Below, in pieces: positions 63,012-64,000 of a stretch of DNA of 64,000 nt. A program made the position numbers and the translations under genes. The DNA is taken from the NCBI GenBank assembly GCA_043799545.1, contig JAZDNO010000004.1, positions 1 through 64,000 on the forward strand, in the 5' to 3' direction. The number at the start of each line of letters is the position of its first letter. Position 1 is the first letter of the stretch. Source of the DNA: Methanobacteriota archaeon (GTDB lineage Archaea > Thermoplasmatota > Thermoplasmata > SG8-5 > DAIRED01). The notes under the pieces were generated by a model. That model did no database searches. It saw only the letters and a list, made by a program, of their open reading frames with translations, and was not told the origin of the DNA.

Positions 63012-63734
63012 TCACTGCGTCGGCGGCTGCTGGTAGCCCTGAATTGGTGGTTGTTGCTGCGCAGGATAGTATTGTTGAGGCGTTGGCGGCCGATTTGCAG
63101 GCGTTTCAACCGGTTCCAATTGAAGGTGCTTCGGCTTGACTCGCACGGATATCGTCTCGGCCTTGGGCGTTATCAGGTTCCATCCGGCCTTCAGTATCGA
63201 TGCCCCGATGAGGTATAGGACGATGTAGGCGATGGATACCAGCGCGGCTATCGCGAACGGCGTGAAATCCATGCTGAAGCCAAAATCACCCATATCGCCA
63301 TCCGACTGGCTGCTCCCGCTGTTCTGGCCCATGGCGTCAGGATAAACGGTGGTCATCGACGACGCGCTCAACCCATTGCCGTCCCGGACTGTCAATCTCA
63401 CGTTGTAGTCCCGCGAGTCGCTGTACGTATGTGTCGGGTTTGGCTGGACGCTCGTTCCCCCGTCGCCGAAATCCCAGCTGTACGAAGTGATGGATGCCGA
63501 GCCAGTTGTGGATGAATCTGTGAAGCCCACATTCAGCTCGTTCGAGTTCCAGTAGAACGAGCATTGGGGCGGTTGCGCCTGCTCTTCATCCTCGGGCATT
63601 TGCTCGCGGAGGAACTTGCCCGGATTCTGTGCGATTGGCAACATCATCGAGAAGACGAACAACAGGATGACGATGCCGGCAATCAATACCCCAGTTCCGA
63701 GGAATACCTCGTATTTGCGTTCCATCGCTTCCAC
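63012..63734 (-). CDS. PKD-domain membrane protein
   Basis: TM - FTDSS...SWDFGDG...NPTHTY...V.LTV - TM - Gln/Pro tail. Confidence 0.88.
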   Translation of the reverse strand: MEAMERKYEVFLGTGVLIAGIVILLFVFSMMLPIAQNPGKFLREQMPEDEEQAQPPQCSFYWNSNELNVGFTDSSTTGSASITSYSWDFGDGGTSVQPNPTHTYSDSRDYNVRLTVRDGNGLSASSMTTVYPDAMGQNSGSSQSDGDMGDFGFSMDFTPFAIAALVSIAYIVLYLIGASILKAGWNLITPKAETISVRVKPKHLQLEPVETPANRPPTPQQYYPAQQQPPIQGYQQPPTQ

Positions 63735-63811
63735 CTTAAGGCAATTAAAGACGACTCGGTTTATATACTTTTGTAATGCTGTATTTCAAATGCAGTCGAG
63801 CCTCACCGCAA

Positions 63812-64000
63812 TCACGGTTTCAGAGAATCTGGGCGCCACGCCATCTCCAGCCTGACCTCCCCCCTCTCCACGTCTTCGTTCGAGTAGCTGGTCGCGTCGA
63901 AGCCGACCAGCTCGAAACCGTTGGCCAGGTAGAAATCTATTGCCTTGAGGTTCGACGTCTGGGTCTCCAACACGATGCGCCTGGCGCCGAGCTCCCGCGC
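63812..64000 (-). CDS. GNAT acetyltransferase, 3' part (runs off the window)
   Basis: Manual translation ARELGARRIVLETQTSNLKAIDFYLANGFELVGFDATSYSNEDVERGEVRLEMAWRPDSLKP*. Confidence 0.85.
   Translation of the reverse strand, partial: ARELGARRIVLETQTSNLKAIDFYLANGFELVGFDATSYSNEDVERGEVRLEMAWRPDSLKP

Noticed and set aside
1-64000. CRISPR arrays, rRNA, IS transposases, inteins, Pyl/Sec readthrough
   Set aside because: No regularly spaced repeats, rRNA-like tracts or transposase/intein motifs; genes ending in TAG (katE, rsgA) are already full length

Overview
Archaeal chromosomal segment, most likely from the Thermoplasmatota (inference from archaeal-type uS12/uS7/EF-2, archease, CCA-less tRNAs, a DUF835 protein, GGTGA/GGAGG RBSs and leaderless TATA promoters). 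It contains about 60 genes. Housekeeping and metabolic genes: hisS, rps12-rps7-fusA, tRNA-Asp(GTC), tRNA-Leu(TAG), POR-type and IOR 2-oxoacid oxidoreductases, leuCD/hacAB, mtaP, nadX, queE, lsrF plus a Zn-dehydrogenase, and catalase. There are two very large secreted/surface proteins: a 2431-aa clostripain + M14 carboxypeptidase fusion and an 1848-aa Ig/CarboxypepD-repeat surface protein. No CRISPR array, rRNA or transposase was seen. The most unusual content: (1) a dispersed signalling toolkit of three STAND/AAA NTPases (wHTH-STAND-TPR, a TPR-less wHTH-STAND, and an AAA-TPR with a longin/roadblock-like domain inserted between Walker A and Walker B), a stand-alone TPR protein, a Rab-like GTPase coupled to a coiled-coil protein, and a JAMM protease; (2) three paralogous zinc-ribbon microproteins missing from the ORF track, which bracket a bacterial-type rsgA and a 19-aa RBS-led sORF; (3) a membrane-anchored protein with tandem NlpC/P60-like Cys-His domains coupled to the POR operon; (4) a two-hairpin intergenic element between two T-tract terminators; (5) a possible mobile-element edge at the left end. 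All family assignments come from motif recognition by eye; no database searches were run.
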